A stretch of 64,000 nucleotides of DNA from Microthyrium microscopicum (taxonomy: Eukaryota): assembly GCA_010405405.1 (NCBI GenBank), contig MU004240.1, forward strand, positions 1,622,814-1,686,813, written 5' to 3'. The notes under the pieces were generated by a model. The model made no database searches and was not told where the DNA came from. It saw only the letters and a program-made list of their open reading frames with translations. The translations under genes and the position numbers were made by a program. Shown here one piece after another: positions 1-13,240 of the stretch (position 1 is the first letter of the stretch; every line of letters starts with the position of its first letter).

Positions 1-3000
1 TTATATCCTTTCTTAAATATTAATTATTCTCTTATAGCCTAATTTAAGATATAGTATATTATAACTATTATCTTTAGTAGCTTTAAAATAACTACTATCT
101 AGTAAACTTTATCTTTCTTTATTAGAATCTTAAGTAGTACTACTTTTAGTATAGCTTCTAAATAAGTTAAGATATAATATATAATAAGATCTATTATCTA
201 GATATACTTTAATAATTTAGTAAAGAAATCTCTTTAAGTATATAGCATATAGTAAAGCTTCTTTTACTACGTACTAATTATTAGCGTACTACTAATAAAG
301 CTTAAGCTTACCTTAATCTAGGTAGAGATCTAGGCTATAACTATATCTTTAAGTATACTTAATATTAAGTAACGAGAATCCTTAAGTTAGTAGTTAATAA
401 GAAATTCTAGTACTACTTATTTATATGCCTTATTATATATATATACTAATACTAGACTAGTAGAGAGAATTAGTTTTACTTTATTAACTCTTAATAAAGG
501 TTTATAAGATAGGTAAAGCTCCTTATACTAATAGCGCTTTTTTAATAGATTAAGCTACTTCTCTTTCTCTTAATATAAGATCTCTTTTAAAGTTATAGTT
601 TTATCTTTTACTACTATATTAATAAATCTAGACTTTTCTCTACTAATTACTTTATTAAGGTAATATTTCTATATTCCTTATAGCATATTACTAAAATATA
701 GAGGTTTTAGCTATTTAGTTTATTATTTTAATCCTATTCTTATTATATTCCTAGCTATAAGGTTTACTACTATATCTACTAGTAGCGCCTTTACCCTTTA
801 TAATTTAGTTATATTAACTATTAATTAATATTTATTTAGTAAAGGTTTTATTAAAAGTTTATTAAGTAATTAGTATAGTAAGATCTACTTTATTATAGTA
901 AGATCTTAAGAATTTATTCTCTCTAGTACGTAAGTTAATCTATAAATAAAAGAAGCTTCTTCTTAGCTAAGCTTTCCTTCTCCTTAAGAGTAAGTCCTAT
1001 TTAGTATAAAGTTAATTACGTATAAATCTTCTAAGTCTTAGGCAAAGTCTATTTCTAAAGCTACGTTTAAACTAATAAGCGTAGTTAAACTCTTAATTTC
1101 TTTCTTATAGTCCTTTCTTCCTTTAAGTATTTTATTAAAGTCTATAATAATAGCATAGGTTAATATAAGTAATAAGTTCTTACGTCCTAGAGCTAATTTA
1201 TTTTAATACTATTAGGAAATATATAAATTAAATAAGTTTAAATATATAAGAATAGCCTTCTAGGATTTATTCCCTTTTAATACTACTTAAGTTAATCTTT
1301 ATACTAGTATTATTCTATCTTTAAAGTTAATATCTAGTCTAAATTTAAAACTTACCTACTTTCTAAAATCCTATAAAAAATCTTATAAGATCTAAGTTAT
1401 TATTAAAGAAATAAGTATAGTCTAGCTTTCTAAATTAATATTCCCTTCTCTACCTAAGTTACGTTATAATAATAAGTTTTAAAGAGCCTTAATTATTAAA
1501 GATCTCAAAATCTTTATTCTTCCTTAATACTTTAAATAATATATACTTACTACCTATATATAGTCTTATACTAATTTTTTAAGTTCTTTAAAGAGAAACT
1601 ATCCTTTCTCTTATAAGTTCTTTAAGCTAAACTATATAGTTTAAGTAGCCTTAAGCATAAGATATTTTGTATTAAGGTTATTAATTAACCCTAACATTAT
1701 TAGTATAGTAGTATCTATTAGATCTTACTAATCTAATAAGCTTAAATTATTTCTACGATCTATAATAGAAATATTACTTTTATAGTTTTATAATATTTTT
1801 AATTACTCTACTAAATCTATAATAGAATTAAGCAAAGAAGCTTAAGTAATTAAATCCTTTTACTAAGTAGATTTTTCCTTAGCTTCTAAAAATAATACGT
1901 TTAAACTAATAGTAATAAAGAATTACTTATTTTATATATTTAACTCTTCTTCTACTAAAGAAAAGATTAGAATTTATAACTAATCTCCTATCCCTTTTTT
2001 TCCTAATTCTTTAGGTAATAAAAAAAGTATATTTAAACTATTAATAATAAGTTCTAAGTAATATCTATATAAAAATACTTATCTAATAGATAAATACTAT
2101 ATATTACTTAGTCCTAGTATAAAGAGTTCCTAATATACTAAATTCTATAAAAGATTAAATATACTTAAACTTATAAGTAACGCCTCTAATAGATTAATAT
2201 AGAGCTAATCTTCTAGTATATATATAAAGTCTTAATAAGGATTTTATAATAAATCTTTATCTAACTCCTCTATAAGTATATCTTTTTTAGCTACGTTTAA
2301 AGAAATAAGAGTACTCCTAAGCCTAAAATTAATACTACTAAATTCTACTTTATAAAAAGATTCTCTAGTAACTAACTATATATAGCCTTCCTTTACTAGT
2401 TATTTACCCTAATTATAAAAAATAACTATTAGCTAGTTAATACTTAAGCTTTTTAGAAGCTTTATAGTTAAATATATTATAATTAACTTTTCTTATTACC
2501 TTATACGTTATAACTTTCTTTCTTCTTATCTATCTAAGCATATTCTAAGCTATACTAAAGACTCCTCTTTAAATAATAACTTACCTACGTTTAAATATAT
2601 TTTCTTAACTAGGCTTATTCTATTTAATATACTTAAATATATAAATAATAAATATTATTATAATTAGGCTTCCTAGCTAAGTAAAAAGTCTAAAGAAATT
2701 TACACTAAATAACTAAAGATTCCTTACGTTACTAAATTATTAGGGCAGTAGGCTTAAGTTATTATAAAGAAGAGGAATAAGTATAAGTAGTAGTTATATA
2801 AATTTATTAAATATTCTTAGTATACTATTTCTAAATAAGACTTATAATTATATATTTCCTTATAGTTAATATTATTAAGGTTAATATAATCTTTAGAACT
2901 AGTCTTTTACTTAATTTTCTTTTCTCTTCTAAACTTAAGACTACTAACGCCTATATACTTTATAATTATACTATATATTATACCTATAGTAAAAGTATAT

Positions 3001-6000
3001 TTTATAAATAAAGTATATATATAAGGCTCTATATATTTAAATACGCTAATAGTCTTTAAAGTATCTACTAGTAAAGTACTTTTAAAGGCTATTAAATAAC
3101 CTTTATTAGTATATCTTAAGTTAACTCTAAAGCGCTAATTAATAATGTCTTTATAGCTTTATAATCCTCTTTACTTAAGTTTTAGATTAAGACTTATTAA
3201 CAAACTTTATCTATAACTCTTATTAATTTCTTATTATCTACTAAGTAAGTATAATATTTAGTATTTAAGGCTAAGCTAATCTATTAAACTACTAATAAAA
3301 ATTATAAAAAGACTTCCTTTACTAATTTATAAATTAGGAAGATAAGTTTATCTACCTAAGGAAGTAAATCTCTTAAGGCGACTTATATCTTAGGCTTCTC
3401 TCTCTTTATCTTATTATAATAATAAGAATCTAAAATAACTTAATAATTCTTCTTATTAACTACTATAAAAAGCCTATACTTACTCTACTTTAGTATACTT
3501 ATACTTTTAAACTAATAAAAACTTAAAAGAATGCTATAGCAAACTATTTCTAAAATAAGATAGTATTAAACGCTATAAATAGTACTACTAATATTAAGAA
3601 TAACCTTTACTCTTATATTTAGAATAAATTAAGAGCTACTAATAAAAGTAATATATATTAGCTTAAACTTTTACTTCTTAAGACCTATCTTCTTAGCTAT
3701 ATAAATATTAATAAAGTTTATAATAAAGCCTTTATCTAAAAAAACTTTATATAAAATATATTCTTTTCTAACTAGTATAGTAATATATACCTAAGTATAG
3801 AAAATATATCTTAATACGTTAGTATCTAAGACTAAATAACTATATAAAGTATTCTTAGTAATAGCCTTTATTAATTACTTATTAATATCTATAAAGTTTA
3901 CTCTATATACTATATTTAAAGTATCTATCTAATCTTTCTTTACTATTAATATACAATAATTAGTATTAGCTAAGGTTACTTATAGAAAAGTTAAGCTTTA
4001 AATATGTCCCTTAGTAGTAAGAATTACCTTTTTAAGCTAAGTATTATATACTACTATTTACTCCTTTATCTAAGCTTTATTTTCTTATTAAATCTTATCT
4101 TTATAAGACTAAGTTATAAGAGAGATTACCTTATCTTACTATAATATTATACCTAGCTATTAAATAAAGTAAGAAGAGCAATTTATAATATCTTCTACTA
4201 TAATGCTATCTTCTAGGCTAATAAGATGCCTAAGTAAAATCTTAGTAATATTTATAAGGCCCTTCCTCTTTATTCCTTTAAAAGGTTAAAATTTTAAAAT
4301 CTTAGTACCTTTAAAGAACTTAAAATTATTATCTATATCTAAGTCCTAATTATCTAGTTAAGCCTAGGTTTTATAAAGGCGTAGATTTTTATCTTTATTA
4401 TTATTAATATTATATTAAGTATGTTTAACTATATTAGCTAAAGTAGTATTTTTAAATTCTATACCTTCTAACTATAAAGTTAACTTACTAGCTTTATTCT
4501 TATCCTAACTTAGACTAAAAGTATCTATACTATTAACGTACCTACGCTAAGTAAGCTCTTCCTAATCTTTATTATTAGTATTATAAAATCTATTCCTAAT
4601 CTTAGGTCTCTAAATGCTAAGATAATAATCTCTAATAACCTTATTTACTTCCTACTATAATACTTATACTACTACTATTATTAAAAGATTTATAAAAGTA
4701 GAATAGTTTAAAGAAAGTTACTACTATTAGCTATTAGGTTATTCTTTCTAATAGTAAATTAGATAGTTATTCCTTTTTATACCTAGTACGCTATAACTAA
4801 AGTAAGTTAATAATTAGTATTTATTAGTACTATAAGAATTATAATAACTTAATTAGTTCTAATTATCTAAATAGTTATAAGTATTACTAAAAGGTCTTAA
4901 CTAGCTAACTCTCTATAGCGTAAGTAAAGCTAATATTAAAGAATTTAAATCTCCCTAATACTATTATTTATTATTAGCTAGCTATATAGAATAGCTTCTA
5001 AGTCTTTATTAAGAATAAATTAGTTAATACTATTACTAAAGCTATATATATTCCTACTAGCCTCTTATCTAGTTAGGCTAACTACTCTAGTTATATAAAA
5101 GCTAAGAATTATTTATTTAGGTATTCTAATTATTCTAAGGATAATTTTATCTTAGCTATAATTATAAAGCTAAAGTTAATATTATTACTACCTATCTTAA
5201 CAAGTTAGCTAAATCTTAAATCTATAAGTTAGTACGTAATTAGTCTTTAGCCTTAACTTTTTTAAGTAAGTAAGCCTTATTAAAGACGTAAATAACAAAC
5301 TCTATAGCTTTCTTAAAGGTAATATTATAATACTTTACTTAGTTAAAGCAATAATTAACTATAATTATTTCTCTATAGTTATAAATTATATTAAAATAAA
5401 TATTCTAATTATATAACTTCCTAACAATATAAAAGAAATTATAAAACTTATTAATATAATTATTAATAGATATAGCTTCTCTAACTATAGTCTTAGCCTT
5501 CTCTAAGGTATTAAAAATTAGCATTTAATTTCATCTATCTATCTTAATAGTTAAGATTTATATAAAATTATTATATATATAGCCTTAAGCAATATTACGT
5601 ACTTAGTTCTATTCTTAGATAAGTAAAGTAAAGTTAGTAACTATAAGGCCTCTAGTAACCTTATTTTCTAAGTCTTTAATCTCTTTATTAAAACCTTAAT
5701 TAAAACTATTACTATAAAGCAAGATTTTAGCTAATTAATAATAACTACTAACATAAGCCTAAATATCTTAATTATAAAAGCTATTAAATTTATTAATTAG
5801 GATAGATCTAGTAAATAAATAAATTAAAAAATCTAGATTACTATACTAGCTTATAATATAGGCGCTACCTTAATCTCTTATAATAAAAGAAGTAGTAAAA
5901 GATTATTTATTAAATTTACTATCTAAAATAAATAATATAAATAATTATTTCTTCTTCCTAAGAGAAGAAACTAAAGAAGATTTTTTAAAGAATACTAGTA

Positions 6001-7510
6001 CTTTAACTTTAGTTAGTAGGCTAAAGTTCTACTTAAGGTAGTATAAAGTATACTATTAGTATTATTTATAAAAAGTTCTAAGAAAGCAAGTAGCCTTAAT
6101 TACTATAATACTAAAAAATAGAAACTTAAGTATATCTAATAAAATAGATATATAAAAGCCTTAGATTTCTATTAGTAATAATAATAAAATTTATAAAGGC
6201 CTTCTAAGTATAGTTACTAAGAGATTAACGTTTAATAAAGCTAATAATACTCTCTCTTAAATAAGAGTACTAGGTTAGAAGGGTAATAAATCTTATTAAT
6301 AGTTTTTAAACTATAGTTAATAACTTTAATCTAGGCTAAATAACTCTTCCTCTCTATTTATTCCTATATTACTTAGAATAATAAGCTAGCTATAGTAATA
6401 ATAAGAAGTAAGAAGTTTCTTAAGGCTAACTTTAAAAAGTAAAGTAGTATAATATTAAATTAAATTAATAAGTATAAAATAATATATATAAAAGTATAAT
6501 AGATAAAAGTAATAAAGATTAAGAGAAGAAAAAGTCCTTAAGGCCCCCTAATCTTAGCCTAGTAGTTATAGAGTAAAAGTATAAGCTAGTAAATAATCTA
6601 ATCTAAAGAAGTCTTATTTATAAGATGCTTCTAATAAAGAAGTTATAATAGTAGGCCTAAATTATAAAATAATAGCTTAGTAGTTAAACTTATATAAATT
6701 TAAAAATCTTGCCTACTAGCAATCTAATTATAGTATTATCTATAAGTTTAATAGTAACTTTATTCTAGCTAGAAAGTTAACTATAATATTAAAAATTATA
6801 CTACTTACTATAAATAACTAGTATATAGCTATATATCTTTATAGTATATAAGAACTATTATTTTGTATAGTAAGAACTACTCTAAAAGTATATAGTTAAA
6901 CTAATAGTAATAAGGGTACTAATATTTAGCTAGCTTAGTTGCTTTTTACTTTCTTATTATATTTTAATAGTTACTATATTCCTTATAGATAATTACTATC
7001 TATTAATTTAAATTTAATACTTTAAATACGCTTAATAGTTTAATAATACTTATAGCTATTTATTATTTTATATTAGCTACTATAAGCGTACTAGATTATT
7101 TAGATTTACTTTCTATTAGCTTATAGCTAGTATTTATTCTATATTAATTTATTATCTTTTAGATTACTTATTCGTTATTAGAGCTTATTATTTATTATCT
7201 AATTATATTACTTAATTATATAAGGTTTAGAAGGTCTATAGTTTAGCCCCTAATTTAATTATATATAAACCTCTAAACAAGCTAGCGCTTCTACTATATA
7301 TTTAAATATACGTTATAAAATCTAGAGGACAAGAAAATATAAATTAAATATAGAAGACGTACTCAATTTAGCTATATAATATATATCTTAATAATTAAAG
7401 TAAGTTAAGATCTTACCTATTCCTATGCCTTTAGACGTAGTCCGCGCCATTAGGTCTATGCAGTGCTAAGGACCATAGGTTAGTAATCTAGCTATCAGCG
7501 AGAGGTTACA
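1..7510 (-). mobile_element. RIP-inactivated Gypsy/Ty3-like LTR retrotransposon, truncated by the left window edge
   Basis: Very AT-rich, with CpA/TpG almost absent and TpA abundant (RIP signature), and no ORFs in the track. Minus-strand remnants read by hand, in order: a Gln/Asn-rich gag-like frame; a Zn-knuckle-like TYFSYSVLGIKRNNYL (de-RIP about TCFGCGVPGxKRNNCP) at ~4760-4805; a retropepsin-like VFLDKGFIINFINIYIAKKIGL at ~3680-3750; and an RT N-terminus-like segment (de-RIP WRDFF..TDLI.HHI...SNWA....KKG) at ~1-250. The element begins TGTAAC on the minus strand at 7510. Confidence 0.75.
7081..7510 (-). repeat. Putative 5' LTR (~430 bp)
   Basis: Starts TGTAAC (plus-strand gttaca at 7505-7510). 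A candidate RIPed other end reads GCTTATA (from GCTTACA) at 7081. RIP fades over the last ~80 bp. The partner LTR is outside the window, so the inner boundary is tentative. Confidence 0.4.
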
Positions 7511-8459
7511 CCCAGGGTTGCCAACGCTAAGCCTATCTAGGACGTCCCCAGAAGAGTCTCATATGCACATGCCTATTTGGGGTCACGGTGGATAACCTTA
7601 AAGAGCTCTCCATGGTCGTCTTGCTCAAGCCATCATGAAGCTTGGACGACTTCGTGCCAACTACTGCTCTGGGTTGCGTGGCGTGGGCATTGAGCAGGTC
7701 ACTACTTTTCTCTATCCTTTATCGAATCATGTTTAAAAGTGTTGATATGGTAGCGAGTATCAAACTCACAGAACCGCCACAAACCCTTTCAATTTGCCTC
7801 CATATACAGCCTATAGTCATCACTTACTGGCATCGTCTCTTCCAGTTTTGCTTGCTTTTACAGGTATCCTTCGACGAGCCTCCATAGTATCTTTTTCTGG
7901 AACATCCTGCCCACGATATGAATTGCGGGAGTGGCCGGTCGAGTTGCGGAGCTGCCCTATAGGGAACAAAACATACCTGTCGCATTCAGCTGAGTGACAA
8001 TAAGATAGATTAGAATACCAACTACCTGACACCATCTTCCGGATGGTGCCTATCAGAACACATTAGCATGAAAGCATGGTGATGGACAACAAAGCCAATG
8101 GCTGAAACGAAGACGGCTGATCTGCCCCGGCCATCAAAGCTATCTTGAAGGCATTGTATCCAGTTTGGGAAATTTCAAAAGCCATGTTGAGAGAACAGTA
8201 CCAGGATGCTGAAATTACCCTGGCGATCTCGTGAGGCTCAAGACGAGAACCATGATATTGCTCTTTCACTGGATCGAAACGGCAGGGTTATTCATAGTGT
8301 TCAAGTGTGCTTCTGCAGGAGGTAGGCTTGTATTACTATGAGTATGGCGGATATTATCTGTAATCCCCTAAGGTATTATGCCTCAGTAAAAAATGTACAG
8401 TGAGGTGAGTTCAAACGCTAAGACAATGCTCCAACGCCGACCGTAATGATTAATCATGT

Positions 8460-9726
8460 TCATGAAGTCTTTAGGACTTTAGGTTGCTTCGTCAATAGTT
8501 CTGTGCCAAAGACGCGATCCCAGAATGGGCTGGTTACACCAAAGCCATTTTGATAATCGGCAAAATGATGGGCGAGATGGTACTTCTTCAGTTCCCGATA
8601 ATATGCAGGCAGACTTAGTGATCAATGTTAGCAGCTGTCAATAGTTCGAACTAGGATATGCTTACTTTCGGTGATGGAGGAAGTAGTGGGTTAGATCGTA
8701 GCAGACGTAACCGAAAATACCACCACAGAAAACAGCCACAGCTGCATACCAGTTGTATGAGAAAACGGCATGTGCAAGATACCAGAATGGTGTAGCGAGA
8801 ATAACGAATAACGTCGGTGGCATGACTAGACGGTATTTATCCATTGGCAAGTAATGATGGATACCATGCATCAGGAAATGTAACGTAATTCCCACTCGAT
8901 TGTCAGGGAGATAGCTACTACGGTCAGTTTTCCATTCTCATACATGCACTTGGCTAACTTACTCATCAAGGTGAAACAAGAATCTATGCAAGCCATATTC
9001 AACAAGAGTCCAAAGACCCAAGCCAAGAATCCAATAAGAAGCCACCTCCGTCTTGGAAGAGAGTCCTTGTGAAGCGATATATGTGCCGTATGCTATGCAA
9101 GGAAGCCAGACCATAGGTATAATGTACCAAGCGGTTTTGCTCAAAGGCTCTAAAAAGTTTCCGAATAGAGGTGCCGAATCGCCACCCTTGTAGTGCCTTG
9201 GTCGATGAACTTGCTCGAGGTAAAATTCCCTTGAGAAACCACCATTCCAGACTTGCATTAAAAGTGGTTTGTTCAGGTCCAAAAACTTATGAGTTTTGTA
9301 ATCCTGACTGGGGTCGGTTTCCTTTGAAAGATCTTCCGCACAAGATAATCCAGTCGCTTGGTAGACAGTCCTGCCTTCAGCATCTGAGAGCTCCTTCGCC
9401 CCATTAGCGGAAGGAGGTAGAGGGACTATGCCATCAGGATGATCGCTATTTGTGGCAGCGTTTATCACCGATTCGGTGACTAGATATCCGATCAAGTTGT
9501 CTTCTAATATCTCGTAGGCGACCTCAGTGTGTTCATGGGAAATTTCGTCGGCCATGATCGCGGATACATCGGTGCCAGCATGATCAAGTATAAGATCACC
9601 ACCGCCCGGGTGGTCATCGATGAAATCCGTGACATCGTAGACCTTCTTCCCTATAGTTACGTAGCATGATTTGGCGGTAGTATGCGACTGGACGTCGGCC
9701 ACTGATATATTTGGAAGAGACGCCAT
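8460..9726 (-). CDS. SCS7: Sphingolipid (ceramide) fatty-acid alpha-hydroxylase, cytochrome b5 fusion; 3 exons
   Basis: Cyt b5 HPGG motif; hydroxylase His boxes EYGLHRFLFH, HGIHHYLP, THYFLHH and KKYHLAHHF; GT-AG introns near 8915-8961 and 8615-8665. Confidence 0.95.
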
Positions 9727-10576
9727 AGTGTTGATTGTGTGAGCGGAAGCGGGCGGGAGGAGCATTGGGGAAGGTAGGATGTGCGAGGGACCAGAAACTG
9801 GTACTAGATAGGAGAGACAATATACAAAAGTCAGAAAGGGAGAAATGAAGAATAGTTAAGTGTAGAGTCAACCGTTGTGTCTCGTGCTCACCATGAGTTT
9901 GGCCACTGTGGATCGAGAAGCTCCTGACGATTAATTCTACGGATCGCGTTTTGGGGAAAGCGCGTTCGGTTCCGCGATTAGATGGAGTCTGATAAGATCA
10001 AGTCAATTACAAGTGCAAGATTCTGAACTGCAATGATTGGCTATCAGTCAACACTGCCAAGAAACTACCGACTTCATCAGGCTGACTTGCACTCAGCCTT
10101 CCTGTTCGGATGCGGCTGTATTATCTGGGACTTCAATGTCTTGCTATCCAAAGTCAATGCAAATCAGTACTCAAGATTGCGCTTCTAGACTTGAGCATTC
10201 GAGGCAATAATATGGAGGATAACTTGAGGCTTTGAACAATGGCTCCGAACGTTTTTGGAGCAACTCCAAAAGAAAAGCAAAAACATGCCGCAACTAGCGC
10301 GGATGCCAATAAAGTACAGTGCGCATGCATATATTCTACGCCCTGCCTGCCCCTGACAGTTGCTCCCGGCGGCTAGAAGCTTAAGGTTGGCTCCTGAATA
10401 GAAAGCTAGAACTTCCCCGGGTTCCAGGATGGTATTTGCTGAGTTTCCTCAGGAAGCTCATCAATACGGCACTTTCAAGCAGCATTACCCCTTCCAAGGT
10501 CTATTGTCTCCCTCGTTACTGGAGGTCGAATCCTCTCCCTGATTGTTGAATCCTGTGCTCGCACACGAGTACAGTG

Positions 10577-12893
10577 ATGAAGCCGCGATGGTTGCAACGC
10601 TTTTCTAGAAGCGCTTCGAGAGCAAACACAGAAATCCCAGCTTCTACAAACAGTGTTTCAACACCTTCCACTAGCATATCAGCGCCTCCTACGAGTATTT
10701 CGACTCCTGCTACCTTACCAACCGAAACATTCTACCCCTCTGGCATCAAGCTACTCTACGGCGCAGAAAATGCGATAATCGAGTGAGTTTCTACACTCTT
10801 CCGTTCACAAGCGTCTTCTCATTTGAGTGGTAATGGTAATCAACATATGTCAATTTGCTGATTTCTGGGATTTTTGTACACAGCATTCTATTCATTCACG
10901 GCCTCACCGGAGATCGCGAGAAGTCATGGACGACGCAAGGGAGCGTAGCTACATTGTGGCCTCAGTCTTTGCTACCGGCCAGAATCCCAAATGCTCGAGT
11001 TCTCACTTTCGGCTATGATGCGCATGTGGCAGATTGGCGAGGGATGGTGTCGAAGAATAGGATTGGAAACCATGCAATGAACCTTCTTACCACCCTTGCA
11101 ACGTACAGAGAGGACGATGACAGCGTACGATTCAGGTAATAATGTAGTTTTCGTGAAGGAAAGACTGACTATCGCAGGATCAACGACCAATAATATTTGT
11201 CTGCCATAGTTTAGGTGGTCTCGTATGCGAAGATGTAAGTTTCCGCGAAAGTTTTGCCAGAAAATCACGTCAATAACAATACTAGGCTCTTCTGTTGGCC
11301 AGGCAGCGACCAGAGCAGCATCTTCAAAGAATCCTCGAATGCACTCGTGGCATTGTCTTCTTTGGCACCCCACATCATGGCTCAGGTCTTGCAAACTGGG
11401 CAGATAAGTTGGCTGTTGCGATTGGTCTTCTTAAGCAAACCAACCCAGAAATCCTAGCAGTACTCAAAAGCGATTCTGAGGTTCTTGCTCGCATCCAAGA
11501 GGGCTTTCATGCTATGATGAGGCAACTCAATCAGACGGGCCGCATACCGATTGATATCACTTGTTTTTATGAAGAGCTACCATTACCAGGCATTGGTGTC
11601 GTAAGTTGAGAACATACTCTTCTCCCCATCCTCTGGGTCACTAACTCTTGCTTTTCAGGTGGTTCCTTCTCATTCGGCTGTTTTGCCTGGCTACACGCCT
11701 ATTGGCATACGGCGAAATCATATGGATATGATTAGATTCGGAAGTATGGACGATCCAGGCTTCACCGCTGTAGCTGGCGAGCTTCGTCGCTGGGTGAAGA
11801 GACTTGATTTATCTACCACTGCTCGGCAACCTGAGCCTCCATTGATCGAGGTGCCAATGAACAATAGTGCTGAAAGGACGGATAGTCCGCCACATCAAAC
11901 ATTACCGGGCAGCGTTCCATCTACAAGCAGTACGCCAGCTGTGCCGCCAACTCCTGATCCTACTTTTAGAGGCGGTCAAAGCCCAATAGCCGCGGGAGGT
12001 GACGTCAAAATCGGCAACTCTGAGCAGAACCTGTCTGGTAACTTTTATGGCAGTGTTCAAATATCCCAGTATGCAAAGCCTCTCAAAATTATCTGAAAAG
12101 TAATGCTGACTTTAGGACTTGCAGATCACATCCATTCGCTGCGCACTTACCACAAGCAAATATGGGCCCGAATGAACGTCAATTGTTAAAAATAGCCGGT
12201 AAAGGAGATGTTGTTGAGGGTCTCAGGCTCATAGAGACCAAGGCCAATATAGATTCAATCAATGAGGAAGGCCAATCTGCTCTGACAATGGCTATCAGAG
12301 GGCAGCACATGGAATTTGTTCAACTCCTCCTAGACCGCGGAGCCACGACAGAGCGTAGCGGATTCCTCGTACATAAGCCACTACACGTCGCAGTTAGGAG
12401 CCGGAACGTAAAGATATCGGAACTTCTACTCAACCACGGCGCAGATATCGATGAAACCACAGCCCGCGGTACCGTCCTTGGTATCGCAAGCAGTCAGGGC
12501 GATGAGCCCATGATGGACTTGCTTCTTAACAGGCACGCGGATCCTGACATGGAGCCGCCCCTCTCGCCAATGTATAGCGCTATCATCGCTAGGAAAGAGT
12601 CTGTTATCCGGAAGTTACTAAAGTACGGGGCTGGAGCACACGACTTGCAGAAAGCGGCTGTCATGACCATCCGGAGGTTGACGCCGGCCTGTCAAAACCT
12701 CCTACGAGCCTGGGCGTTGCAACACTATGAACAATACGTTAAGACGCTGCGAAAAGTATCTTCGGACGGGGAGCAGAAAAAAGCTGCACTTGTCTCGGCA
12801 TTGAGGTGTGCAAATCAACATGGCCACAAAGAAGTCGAATCTCTTTTCTTGGAAATAGCAAGGGACGTAGGGATATCCGTTGGTCAAGAGTAA
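10577..12893 (+). CDS. SesB-like alpha/beta hydrolase + Pro-rich linker + G/N/Q amyloid-like motif + ankyrin repeats (NLR-related, no NACHT); about 6 exons
   Basis: Spliced exons give DILFIHGLTG, ARVLTFGYDA, RPIIFVCHSLGGLV (nucleophile elbow), GIVFFGTPHHGS, CFYEELP and NHMDM. The intron gtatgc(12069)...gctgac...ag (12115 or 12124) joins in frame to the ankyrin ORF 12162-12893 (GQSALTMA, KPLHVAV, LLLNHGADID). Confidence 0.8.
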
Positions 12894-13240
12894 TGTTTGA
12901 TGAGTGAGGCCGGGAGATCAAAACAATATGGTCGCAAATCAGCTAATATTTCTGACTTTGGCTCTTAATCTGGACCTTTTTTAGTCCATATTCTTTCTTT
13001 GAGCAATGTTTCATGCTTTTTTCACGCGTAAGGTACCTGAAATTTCCAGAATGTATACTTCTCCTCGTCAGGAAGTCATTAGGTAAGAGATATCTTGGTT
13101 CAAGAAGACAAGCTCTCTGGCACTAGTTGTGCCCCTCCTCTCATATCCGGCAATATCAGTAGCATTGTAAAGATACTCTATCATCTGCTTTGGCTACCAA
13201 ATGCTTTGCGGTATTTCCAAAGTAACTATTCTTTGCCAAG

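Noticed and set aside
7511..8300. Short ORFs between the LTR and SCS7
   Set aside because: No recognisable motif and no convincing exon chain; it could be a gene remnant but this is unsupported.
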